From: Dicyema japonicum
Lineage: Eukaryota > Animalia > Dicyemida
Length of the DNA: 64,000 bases
NCBI GenBank assembly: GCA_011109175.1
Contig: RDEW01000019.1
Coordinates: 1 to 64,000, forward strand
Direction: 5' to 3'
In this document: one piece after another, positions 27,011-40,900 of the stretch
Layout: every line of letters begins with the position of its first letter
Numbering within the stretch: the first letter of the stretch is position 1
Made by a program: the position numbers and the translations under genes
Notes under the pieces: generated by a model
What the model was told of the DNA's origin: nothing
Seen by the model: only the letters and a program-made list of their open reading frames with translations
Database searches by the model: none

Positions 27011-28070
27011 ATGAAACCCGGGCGACCAAAGGGATCACCAGCCTCATACAGACCAATATCTCTCCTATGTGTTACATCAAAACTTTTGGAAAAACTGATT
27101 CTTGAACTAATCAGAGCATACCTTCCTGATGCACCTTTTCAACACGGATTCAAAAAAGGACACTCCACAGAAACGCATCTTACATGCCTTACAAATTTCA
27201 TCAAGGATGGACTAAAGCGCAAACCTCATCAGAAGTCTTTGTTATGCTCCATCGATATAGAAAAAGCTTTCGACACTGTCCCAAGAAAGCTTTTGACAAG
27301 GAAGATCTTTACGTCAAAAATTCCAAACAACCTGAAAATCTGGATCGCAAATTTCCTAAATGGAAGAAGAGAAAGAGTAACTGCTGGAAAAACTAGATCA
27401 GTGACCAAGTTCCTTCCAAATGGAGTCCCTCAAGGATCTCCACTTTCACCACACCTATTCAACCTATTCTTAAATAATATGTTCTCCCTTACCAGTGACG
27501 ATATTCTGGTTCTGGCATATGCGGATGATATAATCGTCGCAGTCAAAGACCAGTGCGTTCGTGCTGCTGTTTACCGAATACAAGCTTCATTGGACGATCT
27601 GAACTGTTGGCTCGTTAAGAACATTCTATATACAAGTCCCGAAAGGTCTTATACAACAATTTTCAGAACAAACAGAAGATTGATAAACTCTGCTCCATGT
27701 GTAACCATAAATGGAAACTCAATCCCCACGACCAACTCGGTCAAGATACTGGGCGTAACTTACGACCCACTCTTGACCTTCAACAAACACATCGACAAAG
27801 TCATCTCTTCGGCACAACGAAAGCTAAATTTAAAACACTCCTTGGACAATATAATGGGTGTTTCAACTCAAATTTGGACTCGCTCTACGTGCAGTATATT
27901 CAACCGTCTTTAACTTACGGGTGTGCTGCATGGGGAACCAACCTATCAAACAGGAATATAGAAAAAATCAAAACCTTTCAAAAAATGGCCAGTAAGGTTT
28001 TGCAAAGGTTTTCTTGGACACCTCTAAACCCTACATTTTTTGAGAAACTAGTGAGGAAAACCGGAGCCTT
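27011..28070 (+). mobile_element. Jockey-like reverse transcriptase (300-aa ORF, best preserved in the window)
   Basis: KPGRP..SYRPISLL, FQHGFKKGHST, IDIEKAFDTV, GVPQGSPLSPHLFN, LAYADDI, ILGVTYD. Confidence 0.95.
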
Positions 28071-28449
28071 ACTACCCTCCAAAAAAGTTAGAAACCCAAA
28101 AAGACAATATCAGAATATTGTTTCCATCTACCAACCACTCAGTGGATCCAACAACATCAATATTTTCGTCCTCGCAACAATCATAAATTATAAAGTGGAG
28201 CGACTTTCTTCTAGTACTATCCATTAGGGATTTCTGTTGATAGTCTTTGATAACGCTAAGGCTTACTCGGGTGAGGTCCATCATACATTGAAAGTAAGGA
28301 ATCCTGTGATTATAGTCATGTGTTTTCAACCTATGTTATTATTTCCAAAAAATGAAATTTGTCACTTTCCTAAAATCGAAGAATTTGCAGAGTATGAATT
28401 TGGAAATTAATAAGTCACTCAAAACAACTTTCTCGTTTTGAGGATTAAT

Positions 28450-28990
28450 TTTGATATCCCACAGTGGAATTGCGACCTCACTGCAAAGGACACAACTGAC
28501 GGAGTATCTTAGTCGTTATGAAGTTTCTGTAGCCTGCCTTCAGGAAACAAAAGTAAAAAAGGAGACTTGATGAGTCGTTGGAGTATACAAAGTTATGCTG
28601 CTAAAGCCAGAATGCAGACACAGGGATTTGATATTCATCGACGATTCACCAATGCGATTCACAGATGCTGCAGTGTATGTGACAGGATGTCTTTAATTAT
28701 ACTGAAGTTAGGCAAAACGCTGACAACAACGCATATGCCCCGACTATGGGCTAGCAATGAAATGTCCCGATGACGTTGAAAACTTCTACATGAAACTCAC
28801 GATGACCATGGACAATATTTGTGCTTCCCCCCTCGTTTTCCTTGTTGGTGACTGGAACGCAAAAAATGGAACACATAGTACGAACGAAAACTTCATTGCA
28901 ACCCATAGTAGAGGGAAGAGAAATTCTAATGGTGTTGCACTCACAGGATTCTGCTGTGCATTTGACCTTTTTTTGTGCAACATGTCGTTA
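28450..28990 (+). mobile_element. RTE-like APE endonuclease fragment
   Basis: VACLQETK and FLVGDWNAK..RGKRNSNGVAL. Confidence 0.7.
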
Positions 28991-29379
28991 ATGATGGAGA
29001 CAAATGATGTTTGTTATTGCCTTAAATTCCTGCATTCCCAGGTACTTTAAATGCAAAATACAGATTCCATCAAGCCCTTCGGCAGGTGAGTTTTTGGCGT
29101 TTTTGATTAGTTTTTCGACATCAGTAGTGCTGATTACAATCGGTTTCCTTGAAAAATTTAAACGTTTTTCAATTTGAGTAGACCGGATCATTTGTTCATG
29201 TTGATGTGACTCTATTTTGCGTAGTGGTCCATTATGATATCTTCCTGATGTGTGAAATCACGTGGTGTTTGATTCTTGTCAATACTGGTGGCGTGGGTTG
29301 TATTCATTCAATTTTCTCTCGATTGAAGTTCACGTAAAGTACTTAAAAATCCTTTAGTTTTGTTTGGTGGTTAATTTTG

Positions 29380-31720
29380 GCGATAAAATTGATCCATCGA
29401 TCAAATTGTTGATTTTTTTAATTGAAACTAATTTAAAACACAAAAATCAATCAAAAATGGTTCCCGCTAACTTAATCGACGTTGAGTTGGCTTTCGCGAT
29501 CGAGCAGAAAGTCTCACTTGCGTCGTGGCTTTTTAATGTTGCTAGGCGTCCAATTTCTTTAGGAAACGAAGCAATTTCCCACTAATTCCTCCTGTTGTCT
29601 CAACAAGGATGGGGTAGAACGTAAATCGATCGCTTTTCTCCTTTGCCTTCATTGTTTATTTCGTGGCATACAGTATGTCTACCGCGCTTCCGACAATGTT
29701 GGATGGGCAAAGGGAGTCGACGCTGGTAGTATCCCATACCAAAGGTTTACCTTCCTCGAAAGAAAAAATTGTGATTCCTTCAGGCCGTTTTCTGACTCAA
29801 TTGTCCAAGCCAACTGGTTCAATATGGAGGAGTATTCAGCAGACTCCATGGCTCGCTTAACAAAACCTTTAATCGCCTTATGTCTTGGGAATCGTCCTGC
29901 ACTTCGACAAGAAAGGGTATGATGTCCATAACAGTCGACATTTGTGAGTCTGCCAAATCTTCACTCCAAGTCTGATGGAGATACCGGTGCGAACAGTATC
30001 GTCATCATGTTGGGTTCCGACGCTACCAATGTGGAGGGCATTGATCCAAACGCCACTCCATTCGCATCTTCCAGTGATTATAAAAGCATGTCGATGTTGG
30101 CTTGATTAGTTCAGAAGCCTCTCATTTATCTTCACAGATAATCGTGTAACGGCCGTTCTGCTCAGGCATCTTCACTCTCAAATGCATCATATCTTTGATT
30201 TCCGACGAATCTGTATGGAGTTGGAAAATCATCTTGATCAGCAGTCGACTGGAGCACAAGGAGGACGAGGGGGGCCCTAAATCCTTTGGTTAAAAAATTC
30301 CCAGTCCACCAAAGCTAACGGGTAAGGTGCTTGGTCCCACCTTTGGTCGTCAAATTTAACATTGGTAGTGGTCCTGAAAAGAGAATATATAGTATCGCTG
30401 TTTTCAGGTAACAGGGTGTCCCCGGAAGAACGTAGTTTAATTTTTGTGCTGATAAGCCATTTCTCAGCAGCAATAGTGTTGTGTTAGGCATAGGAATTCC
30501 ATTTGAACTATCAGACTTTTTAAACAATCCAGCACATCCACTGCCCATGGTTCAACCATCCAAATACCATATTTCAAAAAAGTAGAACAATATCCCATGA
30601 TACGGGCAATTCCTAGGCTGAACAAGGCAGGGTCCAGTGAGTCTCCTTGTTGGATTCCAGAGACATATGGAATGAGGTATTGACTGTGGACTACTGGAAG
30701 GTTTTCTATATGAGCTATAAACATGATTGTACACTGATGGGGATAATTTAAAACAATCCTCCAGAATTGTAGCACGCCATATCGTGTTGAAGGCGTTTTT
30801 AATATCAATTTTGACGATTACATAAGGAATATTCTCGTACTTTTTAGTAAATGTACGGACTTTGAGGAGAACATGACGTGTCGAATTGTTTCTGGTAGTG
30901 TCCCTGAAAGCACTCTGTTCATTAGCTTGGTGATAGCCAACACAAACAGGACGACAGAGTTTCCCGTTGTCTGAGTGATAAGGTTTTTGAGGTTCCCAGA
31001 ACGGAGCCCATCAAGTCTTGCACTGCTGCTCGGGATGAAAGAGAGAGTCCTATCTTTTACGTCCTCTTCAAAAACAAGTAGATTAGATAATTGTTCTGGG
31101 CAAGATGGGATCCGACGATCATTCGGGGTACTTTGTCGCTCCTAACAAGTGCTGCGTACGACTGTTCGAGTGGCTCAATTATACAGTTCTGATCTACAAG
31201 AATCCTCACGGCAGCATAAATTCCACCTTCAGAAAGCTTTCGACGAATTGCACTTTGTAATCTTTATGTGTCCGAAATAGTCGATGTTTGCTTCTCATAG
31301 TTTTGGAATCTGTACTTGTGCTTTTCGGAGTCAACCAATAAATTCCCATAGGAAAATGTGTGGATATTTTCTTTTACTATTGACGTGAGTGATTTCTCTT
31401 CTTTCCCCTTCTATGGGGTATGCATAGTGTGAATCGAGCGAAGGAAAATAATCGTAAAAAGTCCTCAGAGTCGTCCTAAGAGACTGTCTTTTAATACAAT
31501 CGCATAGGCAGTCAGCGACAGATACTGGGGCAGCTTTGGGGAACCTGATCAGGAGTCTTCGTGTGTGTTTCAGGTTTGAAATCAATTCAAATACTCCCTG
31601 ATGATCCAGTGAAACATGTTCAGAAGGGTAGTGTAGAGACCAGGATGTCGTATTATCTAGTAAGAGGCATGACTGACAATGCCAATCGGAAATAACAGCC
31701 AGGGCTCTTTCAATCATTCC
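29380..31720 (-). mobile_element. Degenerate CRE-like non-LTR element (RT plus RLE)
   Basis: KIDIKNAFNT, GIQQGDSLDPALFSLGI, LLLRNGLSAQKLNYVL, LVWDTTSVDSL and FYPILVETTGG. Confidence 0.7.
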
Positions 31721-32399
31721 GACACAAGATATGTGGAAACCACACGAACAGGTCGTGAGTGGATCATCCGGTTTCTTTTGTTACTTATGTTGCATTTTTT
31801 GCAAATATCATCTTTTTGCAATTTGCTGCATCTTTCTGATTTTTCTTTTTCTTCAACACCACAAAAGTAGGGTGCGTTTTTTTCAATCTAACTTGTAATT
31901 TCATTATTAAGGTGAGATAGTTTGGCCATAGGAATTCTTGATTTTTTGAGTCGGCGTATTGTATGAATCATTGATAATTTCCTTATAGAAATTGGGACGA
32001 TAGTCTGCAATGAGTCCTCTTGATTTTTCTCTTATCACTGAGGATAACCTCATTAAAAATTGCACAACGGCGTCAAGCGATTTGAAATTCTCAACGGAAA
32101 AGTTGGATAGTATTTTGCGTTTCTTTGCGGAATGAATCCCATTTTCCACGTTTGTAATTTATTATGGTTTTCCGGTGCCTAACAATAGGCGAGAGTAGTT
32201 CGATTGAAGAATTGGATTATGATTGAGGTCATACATAACTTTCATGATATCGCCGAAGATAGCGATGGAGAATATAGATTGAGGTCTGAAGATGTAATGG
32301 AGTGTCCGGCTCTGGAAGCTGTCCGAGTTTTGATTTTTGTCATTGAGAGGATCTGAAATCCCCTCTCATTTCTCGTTTAGCCAAATAGACAAAGCGGAT

Positions 32400-32979
32400 C
32401 TTTGGCATTTAGGTCTTCGCAGATCACTACATTTTTAATCTTTTGCAGTTCGGTTAGTTTTGGGGAGTATTGTTTCATAAAGGGACCCAGTGGGGGATGT
32501 AAATATTTACAGATGCGTACGGTTTGTGGTTTATTTTTTAACCAAATAGGCAAAGCGGATCGTTGGCATTTAGGTCTTCGCAGATCACTACATTTTTAAT
32601 CTTTTGCAGTTCGGTTAGTTTTGGGGAGTATTGTTTCATAAAGGGACCCAGTGGTGAAATGTAAATATTTACAGATGTGTACGGTTTGTGGTTTATTTTG
32701 ACCATGACGGAAGTAAGTTCAACAGGATTGGCACTCAAACAGAGCGTGTGACCGAGTCGAAGTATCAGAGAAAGGAATAGATTTGTGTATGAGTACACCA
32801 TCTCCCGTGTTTGAATTCGGTCGATCACGGTGGACAATTGAGTAATTTTTGAAGTAAAAAAGAATTGATTTTCTGGATAGTTTAGTTTTTTGTAGGAGGG
32901 AAATATCGATTTTGTGGATAGTGAGAAATTCAACAAGTTCAGTTGATTTGTGTGCGAGACCGTTTATGTTGAATTGCAT
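32400..32979 (-). mobile_element. Jockey-like APE endonuclease 5' fragment
   Basis: MQFNINGLAHKSTELVEFL..IDISLLQKTKL, VNIYISP and ICEDLNAND. Confidence 0.8.
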
Positions 32980-33239
32980 GATATTAAGGAATCAGAAAAC
33001 TTCAACCAATTAGCCACGTAGCACTACCACATGGAGCCATGGGGGATCACATCCGTAAATGATTATTACATTTTTCAATAAAAATATTTTTTAAGGAGCT
33101 AAAAACATAAATAAGTTATTAATTTATTTTTTTTTAAAGTTAAATTTAATCATGGTCGGTGGAAACTTTTGGATGGGCGGTGAAATTTCAAAATGGGTGG
33201 TGGAGAAAAAGGCTGAGAACCACTGCTCTAACATATACC

Positions 33240-33480
33240 GTGTTAGTCGCAGACTATGAATAATTCCATTCATATACTCTTAAAGAATCCCCTGACACAG
33301 ACCCCCATATAGTAGAGCTCCTCGGCTGTTCGAACATACATTTTCAGGTCATCAATAAAAAGTAGGTGATTTGTACTGAAACAAACACATTGCTTTGAAC
33401 GCGCCATTTGGTATTGATAGACATGTTTTACCACTTCCGTATATTCTTGCACTGTTGTTGTGAAGGGAATCCCTTTTTGG
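33240..33480 (-). mobile_element. R4/NeSL-like RT fragment
   Basis: STNHLLFIDDLKMY. Confidence 0.65.
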
Positions 33481-33579
33481 GTCTCAGATGATGACTTAGA
33501 CCTTTACCTTACAGAAACTCTATGACCTAATTTCTCTTTCCAACGTTTCATTAAGGACGGGCGTAGTCTTCTTGTTGGA

Positions 33580-34930
33580 AAGTCTAGGGCGGAAGCCACG
33601 TCACTTGTGAGACTCGGGATGGTGTTTGGGTTCCAGAGAGTTCGTTTTGAATGGTACAGGAAACCGATAACTAGGTGCTACCGATTCCAAAAATTCGGGC
33701 ACATTGCGAATTTCTGCGAGGAAACAGAAAGGTGCTTAATTTGTGGTGGAGGGAACAATATGAACTCTTGTTTGGCCAAGTACAATGAAGGAAATGCATC
33801 AACTAAAGGAAGTTGGTCATTTGGCTTGTTATGGTAGTTGCTCTTCAGCAAAGGCTGCCTTTGAAGGAGGAAGAACAAAAGAAATGACTAAGAAAGTGTT
33901 TCGACCTGTTAAGTAGGTTAAAGCTGAGGCAGTTGAAAGTGTGTTGGGAATATCTACACGCTCCATTAAATTTGATTTTTTAACCCAAATGGACGCGAAA
34001 ATAACCTAACCTTTGACAATACATTGTCTCCGATTACACAGACAAAGGGAATACTATCAGTACTCCTAATCTGGTGGAAGGCACAGTTGCTTGGAAAAAT
34101 AAATGCTGTTGACAAACTGGTTGACATTTGTGCCGAAAAAAGGACTTGACGTCAGGAACTTGTTGGCCTTTTTTGGAGAGGCAGAGGTTCTACAAACATG
34201 AAGTCTGTTCTTACCATCATTGCGGTGAACCCCCGATCCTTTAAGAGAAGGCGTTCTGAGATTGTGTATATCCACCAATCACGCTGATATATTAGTTGTT
34301 AGTGAAACTGTTCTCGATCTTTTTGGGGACTAGAACTCTAAAGATACCTCGTTTAGATGTTTGGGGACGAATAAGATAGCCTTGTTCTGAAAGATATGCT
34401 TGTGTCTTCTGGGTTTTCCGTTGTGACGTCCTCGTTCAGAATCACTATTCTCCAAGTGGATAGGATTATTATGACATGGCGTTAATATCGGAATCTGTTT
34501 ATCAATTTTTGGAACGACAAATTACGCTTGCTCATATTGGTCTCTTTTAAAACAAATATGTTGAAGTCTTTAAAAAGAAAACAATGCTTGAGAAACAAAC
34601 TACGGGGATCTTCTGATCCGGTGACCTCATTGACTTGGAAATTATGACGATCACACAAGAAATACACGGATTAGAAAAAGTTAACAAGAATAATTTATGG
34701 ATAGCTCATTGCAGTGGATATAGAAAAAACCAAATTTTAAGATAGTCTATAACAGAGTGAGCGGACGTAAATCCAAAAAATTCCATTGTTGCAAAAACTT
34801 GATGGGTCTCCAGACGAGCCCCTGTCTTGTTTGCCCCTTAGTTCTCTAAAAAAAGCTGGAAAAAGTAGTTAGTTATTAACCACATTACAGCTCTATAATT
34901 GGTGGACTAGTCGATATGCAGTAAAATGCA
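33580..34930 (+). mobile_element. LINE fragment (gag-like ORF1 knuckles plus decayed ORF2 start) abutting paralog 3
   Basis: RCYRFQKFGHIANFC..RCLICGG (CCHC knuckles). The 3' part is homologous to 1560-2210. Confidence 0.65.
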
Positions 34931-35004
34931 AGAACTCGATTGTTTTAATGATCTGAAATACAATATTAACGACACACAAGACTTAAAAATTAGAAACATA
35001 ATAC

Positions 35005-36584
35005 ATGACTAATATTCCAGTATTAATGGAAATTGTTCGTAATTTTTGTTAATATGGAAGTTTATAAATTAACCAAATTTCTGCCCAAGACGTCGTTTTT
35101 CGTCAAATTTGAAATGAACTCGGTTAAAACATTTTTTCTCAAATATATCAAATTAGAAGACTATTTCGAAATAATAGTAAAGCTAATTGTTATGTTTTCA
35201 GGAAGCTGCTAATTGGGGAGTTACTCCATTCGTTACTGCGGCATTCATTTTCTCCGTGCTTTGTGGATTTTTGGCTTTCACCGGTTTTCGACTCATTAAG
35301 AATCACAAACTCAAATATTCATCCGTTGTCATGTACTTTTTGATATTGTACTTCCATTTCATTACTTTAAGCTCGATTTATGTCCTGATGTTGGTTAAGA
35401 TTAAAAATTTAGAAAACATGGAGACAAAACTTGATGAACCAAATAACACGATGAGTGAATACGCCAATTCGATTAGAGAAAACTTTGTAATTTTTTGGGT
35501 GACGAAAGCAGACATTATGGAGTACATTGTTCAACAGGACATATTTGAAAGTCTTCAACATCTACAATAATATCTCTGATAATATAACAAGAGTCCAGCG
35601 GAATATCATCAAAACACACTGCTTGAAATTCAAGACTATACTAGATTCGCTTCAGAAAGACATCCTGACATTATCGAAACTTAACATCTTCAAATATAGC
35701 ACGATCCCTTATCATCTAAAGTCAATTTTAAAGTCATCCATGTATTTGGTTCGCTAAGCCCTCTAGAAATGTCGGATTTAGAAGATTAATGTGGATTATC
35801 GCTTGTTGGGGATTGTTTTGCGGAATATGTTTCAAATCAAAAATTTTCTCTGTAAAGAAACTGTAAGATTAACTGATCACTCAGATTTTGTTTAATGAGC
35901 TCATTTTTCATATTAATTTCATCGTTGATACTCACAACCATCATCGTCTTGGGGATGGTCCCATTTGAGATAAATTTTAGATGCTCAACATATCCTGCAC
36001 TCACTTTGACCGAAAAATCAATGATTTGGGTAATTTATTAGATTTATCACAGGGAGAGATTCAATAGCTAAATATTACTGGAGTTGTGAACAGAATGCGA
36101 CGTTCAAATATGTGTCATATACGACTATATCCTAGAATGTCTCTAAAATCAATGTCAGGAGAGTGTTAAATAGGATTCATCATATAAGCTGTCCAATGTT
36201 TATAATGGGATATGACTGCTCAGTTGTATATGGAGAATACCAAGTGAATTGTTTTATTCTCATTTCTAGAATATCATCAATGAATTAAATTATGATGATT
36301 TTATAAAATTTGTGGATGACTTGGAGGGACCTCAAAATTGCAGCGATTTTAGCAGGAATTTAAAAGTTATGAAAAATCAAATCTGTGATAAAATCTCGTA
36401 AATTCTTAATTTATGTTAGATATAATATGATATATCCATGTGTTATTTTCATGATTGGGAATATTATATTCCTGCTATTTGCTTTCATCATTCCGTCATT
36501 GGATGGTAATTAATGGTCTGTCTATTTATAGAGCCCATACTTGTCGAGTCAAAATATAACCAATTTCAAATGTTTGAGTTTTGA
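35005..36584 (+). CDS. Tweety/TTYH-like 5-TM protein, paralog 3 (438 aa, 12 exons, apparently intact)
   Basis: Eleven GT-AG introns of 22,25,25,25,22,23,23,24,26,22,26 nt leave 1317 nt with no internal stop. Five hydrophobic segments have TTYH spacing. SC..KYYWSC and NCSDFSRNLKVMKNQIC match the TTYH DFC..YYxxC and C-x14-C patterns. The family call rests on topology and cysteine pattern only. Confidence 0.8.
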
Positions 36585-36689
36585 TATTATTTTTTTTGAA
36601 ATATTAAAAAATACTAAGTTTGAACTCATCATAATTTACCAACAAAAAACGTTAATATCTAACATATTGCATGTTAGTCGCAGATCTAG

Positions 36690-37760
36690 GTAAGAATTAT
36701 TGCAAAAATATATGTAGAATGATCATCTGAATCATAAGCCTCCTTCAAATCTATCCACATTGCCAAAAGGGAATTTCCATGAGACGCTGAAATGACTTTT
36801 TGATCATAGCCTTCTCTTTACCCCCTGTAAATTACCCAACTGATACTCGGAGAGAATTCCATCGGCCTATACAAAGCTTCTGATCCTATTAGCCACTAAT
36901 TTAGTCGTCAGCTTATACAGCAGATTCGATAATTTGCTGCAGACTGAGGGTTGTCCAGCTTTTGGATCAAATAAGTTGTCCCATTATGGACCTATCAGGA
37001 ATCGTTACCGGGTTAATGATGTTTTTCTGTATTACACGACGCTTAGACTCGTGCAATGACGTACATCTTTTGATAAAGAAATTATAGACTTTATCTACTC
37101 CGGTCGTTTTCAAATCAGGGAGACACATCTCACTACCAGCTCAAATTTTTTGTGGAAATCGAAAATTTGGAGAGATTTCTTCAAAAAAGAAGCGGGACCT
37201 TCCACACATTTCTTCTGTGTGATTTAGCCTCCCACATACTATCCCATGTGGAAAGCATTGCCTCGTCCTGCTTGGAACATTCACTATGTCAATTTCCGTG
37301 TAGGTGACGTATACAATCTGCTATTAAACTCAAGAAGATTAATTTCTCTCCTTCTTTTTACCGACTTTCATGTGTATAGAGTTTCCTCCTATACATTATT
37401 ATTCCATACTTTATCTCTACCTTTTAAGGTTCTCAAGGAGAATATTTTCAGTTGCAGCGAGATTCGTGAAGACCTCATAAACATGCTTGAGCTGCAACGT
37501 ATCACATTTCTGGTGCTCGTGCTCTCTGACAGTTGTGTTCATTTGGTCCCTGACCCTTTAGATAAGTACTCCTCTGACTTTCTTTGTCTACTGCCATTTT
37601 CTTGAGCTCACTTACAGATATGAAAGTACTAAATCTGCCACTGCATAGCTCCGATAGGTATGGCCAGCCATTCCAAGGCATCCTAAATAGCCTGTTACGT
37701 ACCTGCAGAACTACATGCTTCACTCATATCAGTTGCCACAACGCTCTCGGATATGGCAAG
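36690..37760 (-). mobile_element. Degenerate R4/NeSL-like RT region
   Basis: Fragmentary RT-like translation (NYRII, IDLKKAY-like) with many stops. Confidence 0.4.
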
Positions 37761-37959
37761 AATTATATTCTTACCATCTGTAACGTGAGTAACACTTCTC
37801 TTTTTTCCTTACAACATTTTTACCAACTCGAGAAAGTTTTAACGTTAATGTTTTTTTATTTATTGTTGTTATAAATGAAAAAAATTTATTACTGAAAAAA
37901 GTGATAAAGTTGTCATTTAGCGCCCCCCCCCCTCTGAATGCGTGGCTATCCTTTATCAT

Positions 37960-38700
37960 GATGGCGATCGAGATTCGCTCAAATCGCTCACCGAGATCTG
38001 AAGCAAACCAGTGGTTAAAATAAAGTCACATCCAAGAGCGGACGATCCCAAGATCTGACTTGTGTATTTGTTTCTGTGCAGAACTCGTAGGCGGACCCGG
38101 AAAAGAGAAAAAGTAGCCCGTAATATGGTCGTCAAGAAACATGACGGAAAAAGTGGAGAAGACGATTGTCCGAGATGGGAAAGCTTCACTTCCGTCAATA
38201 TTAATGTAAGAGATCTCAGTAGCTTGTTAGCAGCAATGCTAATGAAATGGTGCATGGTAATGCTCTGAGCCAGGCACTAGTTCCGTTTTTCGATTCAGAA
38301 GTCAGACAAGCCAAACAAGCTCATGTTTCATCTCGTCCATGATCTTTGAGCATAAAAGCTTGTAAATTCTCGTTGTTTATTTGCGTTTTTATGAAATCCC
38401 ACACTCAGTCGCGTCCTTTCTTCCCTATCTATGCATCCCACTGATTTAGCGCCCTATCCGTTTATGTAGTGTAAAATCTGGCGTATGAAACCACTGGAAG
38501 CATATGTCGAAGATAGAAAAGCCGGGAAGGCGAGTTCTAAATTAAGCGTAATCCGATTCCTCTGTAGCGAAGCGGAAGTTTGCATTTGACACAGTCAGTT
38601 ATGTCAAAAGAAATGTTGAGTGTTTTTTCAGCGACAGTCCTTAGCTTCTTGTCCATGTCCATGAAACATGAAACTGTCTGTAGAAGAAAATTCCTGAGGA
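37960..38700 (-). mobile_element. CRE-like fragment
   Basis: KLPLRYRGIGLR (CRE-type LP.R.GGLG.R); homologous to 18890-19310. Confidence 0.6.
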
Positions 38701-38723
38701 AGAATAAAAGGAGAGTTGACATN

Positions 38724-38821
38724 ACTTCTTTTTTTCTTTTTCTTGTGTGAGTGTTTTTTCTAGACAATCTAGTTCCGCAGTGAGTATCCACTGATGACGG
38801 CATCACTCGTCAAACCCTTTC
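38724..38821 (-). mobile_element. SINE internal fragment
   Basis: acttctttttttctttttcttgtgtg..gttccgcagtgagtatccactgatgacggc matches the SINE body. Confidence 0.75.
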
Positions 38822-39099
38822 TGGGACTGTCTGTAGAAGAAAATTCCTGAAGAAAAATAAAGACATGTGAAAGTCCAGGGTTTTTAAATTGGATGTGAGT
38901 GGTTGAACGAATGCATTTTTCACTTCCAGGAGAGTTGACATGTTACTGCCATATAGTGAAGAGTCGAAAAAATTGTATTTTCGAGTCGGGTGATCGAGAC
39001 ATCCATAAGATGAGTAGAAATCGTAGTCACTGCATGGTCAAAGTCGTCCTCTCCCGAGCAACGTTAATGATTTCACATTTATGAGAATTCTGTTCCAAC

Positions 39100-40900
39100 C
39101 CAAGTGCTGCAAGTGCAAAGATGGCGGACTCGACCTTTGCCACCACAATTTCCCAATTCCCTCCGATCATCCAAGTACCATAAGTTCAGTGGAGTTCCGA
39201 TCGCTGATGCTGCACAAGTGATGCCCAAGGCAAAGAGTAGGAGGCCAAGGGGGTCGCCTTGTTGGACTCCAGTCTTGGATTCGATGAAGTGTTGTTCTCA
39301 GTTTGGGGCTTAGAGTCTTGCTCGCTGAAATCTTCGCCATCAGGCGCCTGAATACGCTGCCTATAGCAATGGGTCTTGAATTATTACAAGGCTTTCTGAA
39401 GGCGATCGGTTTGGATGCAAAAAGGAGTCCTCTGGCATAGTCGAAGATATCATCCGAAGAATGTGGTCTGTAAGGGTTTTTATTGAATTAATGAGAAGGC
39501 GATCGGTTTGGATGCAAAAAGGAGTCCTCTGGCATAGTCGAAGATATCATCCGAAGAATGTGGTCTGTAAGGGTTTTTATTGAATTAATGAGGGAGTTCC
39601 CAACCAAGCCAGCAGTGCTGCTTCCTGAGAAAGATGAAATGACAGATCGTATATTACCTGTGGTGGTTGCCAAATTTGGAATGTCCTTCCCAATTTCTGT
39701 CTCGCGTTATTGAATGATGAGCTCGAGGGTTTCTTTAGCTGGTGAAAGAACCTTGTCATTGCTGGAGAGCGTGCGCAGAACTCCTCGAATGTCCCCTACC
39801 ATATTTTTTTATTCACTCTTTGCGTAGATTTGTTTATCTTGATCCTGGATGATGATGGCGAATGATCACCAATCGAAAGACTTTCCAATGAAGTCTCCAG
39901 GTTAACAGTTTCGTATTTAGAGGCATTTCTCTTGATGATTGAATTGAGGTCCTTTCTTTCAGTTCGGTAGAATGTGATCCGAGGACAAAAGGTTCATAGA
40001 GAGAAAGCTCATCCAGGCATCTTGAGTATTGTCGTCGACTTCTCAGGTGATTAGTTTTAAAAACAGGAGGCAGCTGTTAGACGCGCCGACCTTGGGATCC
40101 TCTCCGACACAAGTCGATTCAAACGGCGTAGGCAATCATCCGTTGTTAAATAGGTCCAGGACAGGTCCAGAGGAGGACTCCCTTCTCCCGCAGTGATATC
40201 CAAGGCATGAGCGGTATGACCAATTTGGCAGAGATTGTGCGGTCCTTCTTGTTAGCTTATAGCAGCCAAGGTATCCAAAATTTGTCAACAGTAACATTGA
40301 ACACCGAATTCCCTCTTATTTGTTTTGCTACTGATTATACAGAAAAGAGACGTGCAGGAAACGTAGATTATTACGTCCACTTTCAGTTCATTGTCGTTTT
40401 TTCTGGCAGTAAGGTAAGCCATTATCAATCAATTGACATAAACGTGTTTGATATACTGTCATATCAAAGAACAAAAAATCAACATATAACAAATCGATGA
40501 TGTATGCTCTGCAATTCAAAGACGAATTCGAAATTTATAATCGACTGTTTTGTTCCCTATGCACTAAAGTAGTCGATTCATCAAAGAAATTTAAAAGTTC
40601 TGAAGATATCTCTTCAGCCTCTTCTAGAGTTTCTTCACCTCTTTTATGAAGGGCCAGCTTGATTGAAAAATTTTCTATATTGTGAATTTCGCATGGCTTT
40701 CGACTTTTCCATTGAGTGACTTAAGCCCGGGACTTACACCACCAGAGAATTTCTTCCAAGAATTCACGTAATCTTCCCTCAGAAACCACCGGACTTTTCG
40801 AGACGTTGATATCAGTATATCGTCTGTGTAAATTATCACGTTTGTACTAGGATTCCTGGGGGCCGGAAAATCTCTCAAATATATTAAAGAGCAGAGAACT
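39100..40900 (-). mobile_element. Degenerate Jockey-like LINE fragments (gag knuckle, EN, RT pieces)
   Basis: CQIGHTAH knuckle remnant, SPCWTP-type linker and VIIYTDDILI. Confidence 0.55.

Larger units (their letters stand above)
25614..33225. mobile_element. hAT/Charlie-type TIR-bounded insertion containing nested elements
   Basis: CAGTGGTTCTCAAC at 25614 and inverted GGCTGAGAACCACTG ending at 33225. Flanks atttaaca and ctctaaca match 6/8. The sequence after 33225 matches the 3' flank of paralog 3. Confidence 0.75.

Noticed and set aside
35499-35537. 39-nt intron implying frameshifts in copies 3 and 4
   Set aside because: An upstream 24-26 nt intron (gta..gcag/gtag) keeps all four copies in frame and contains the indels.
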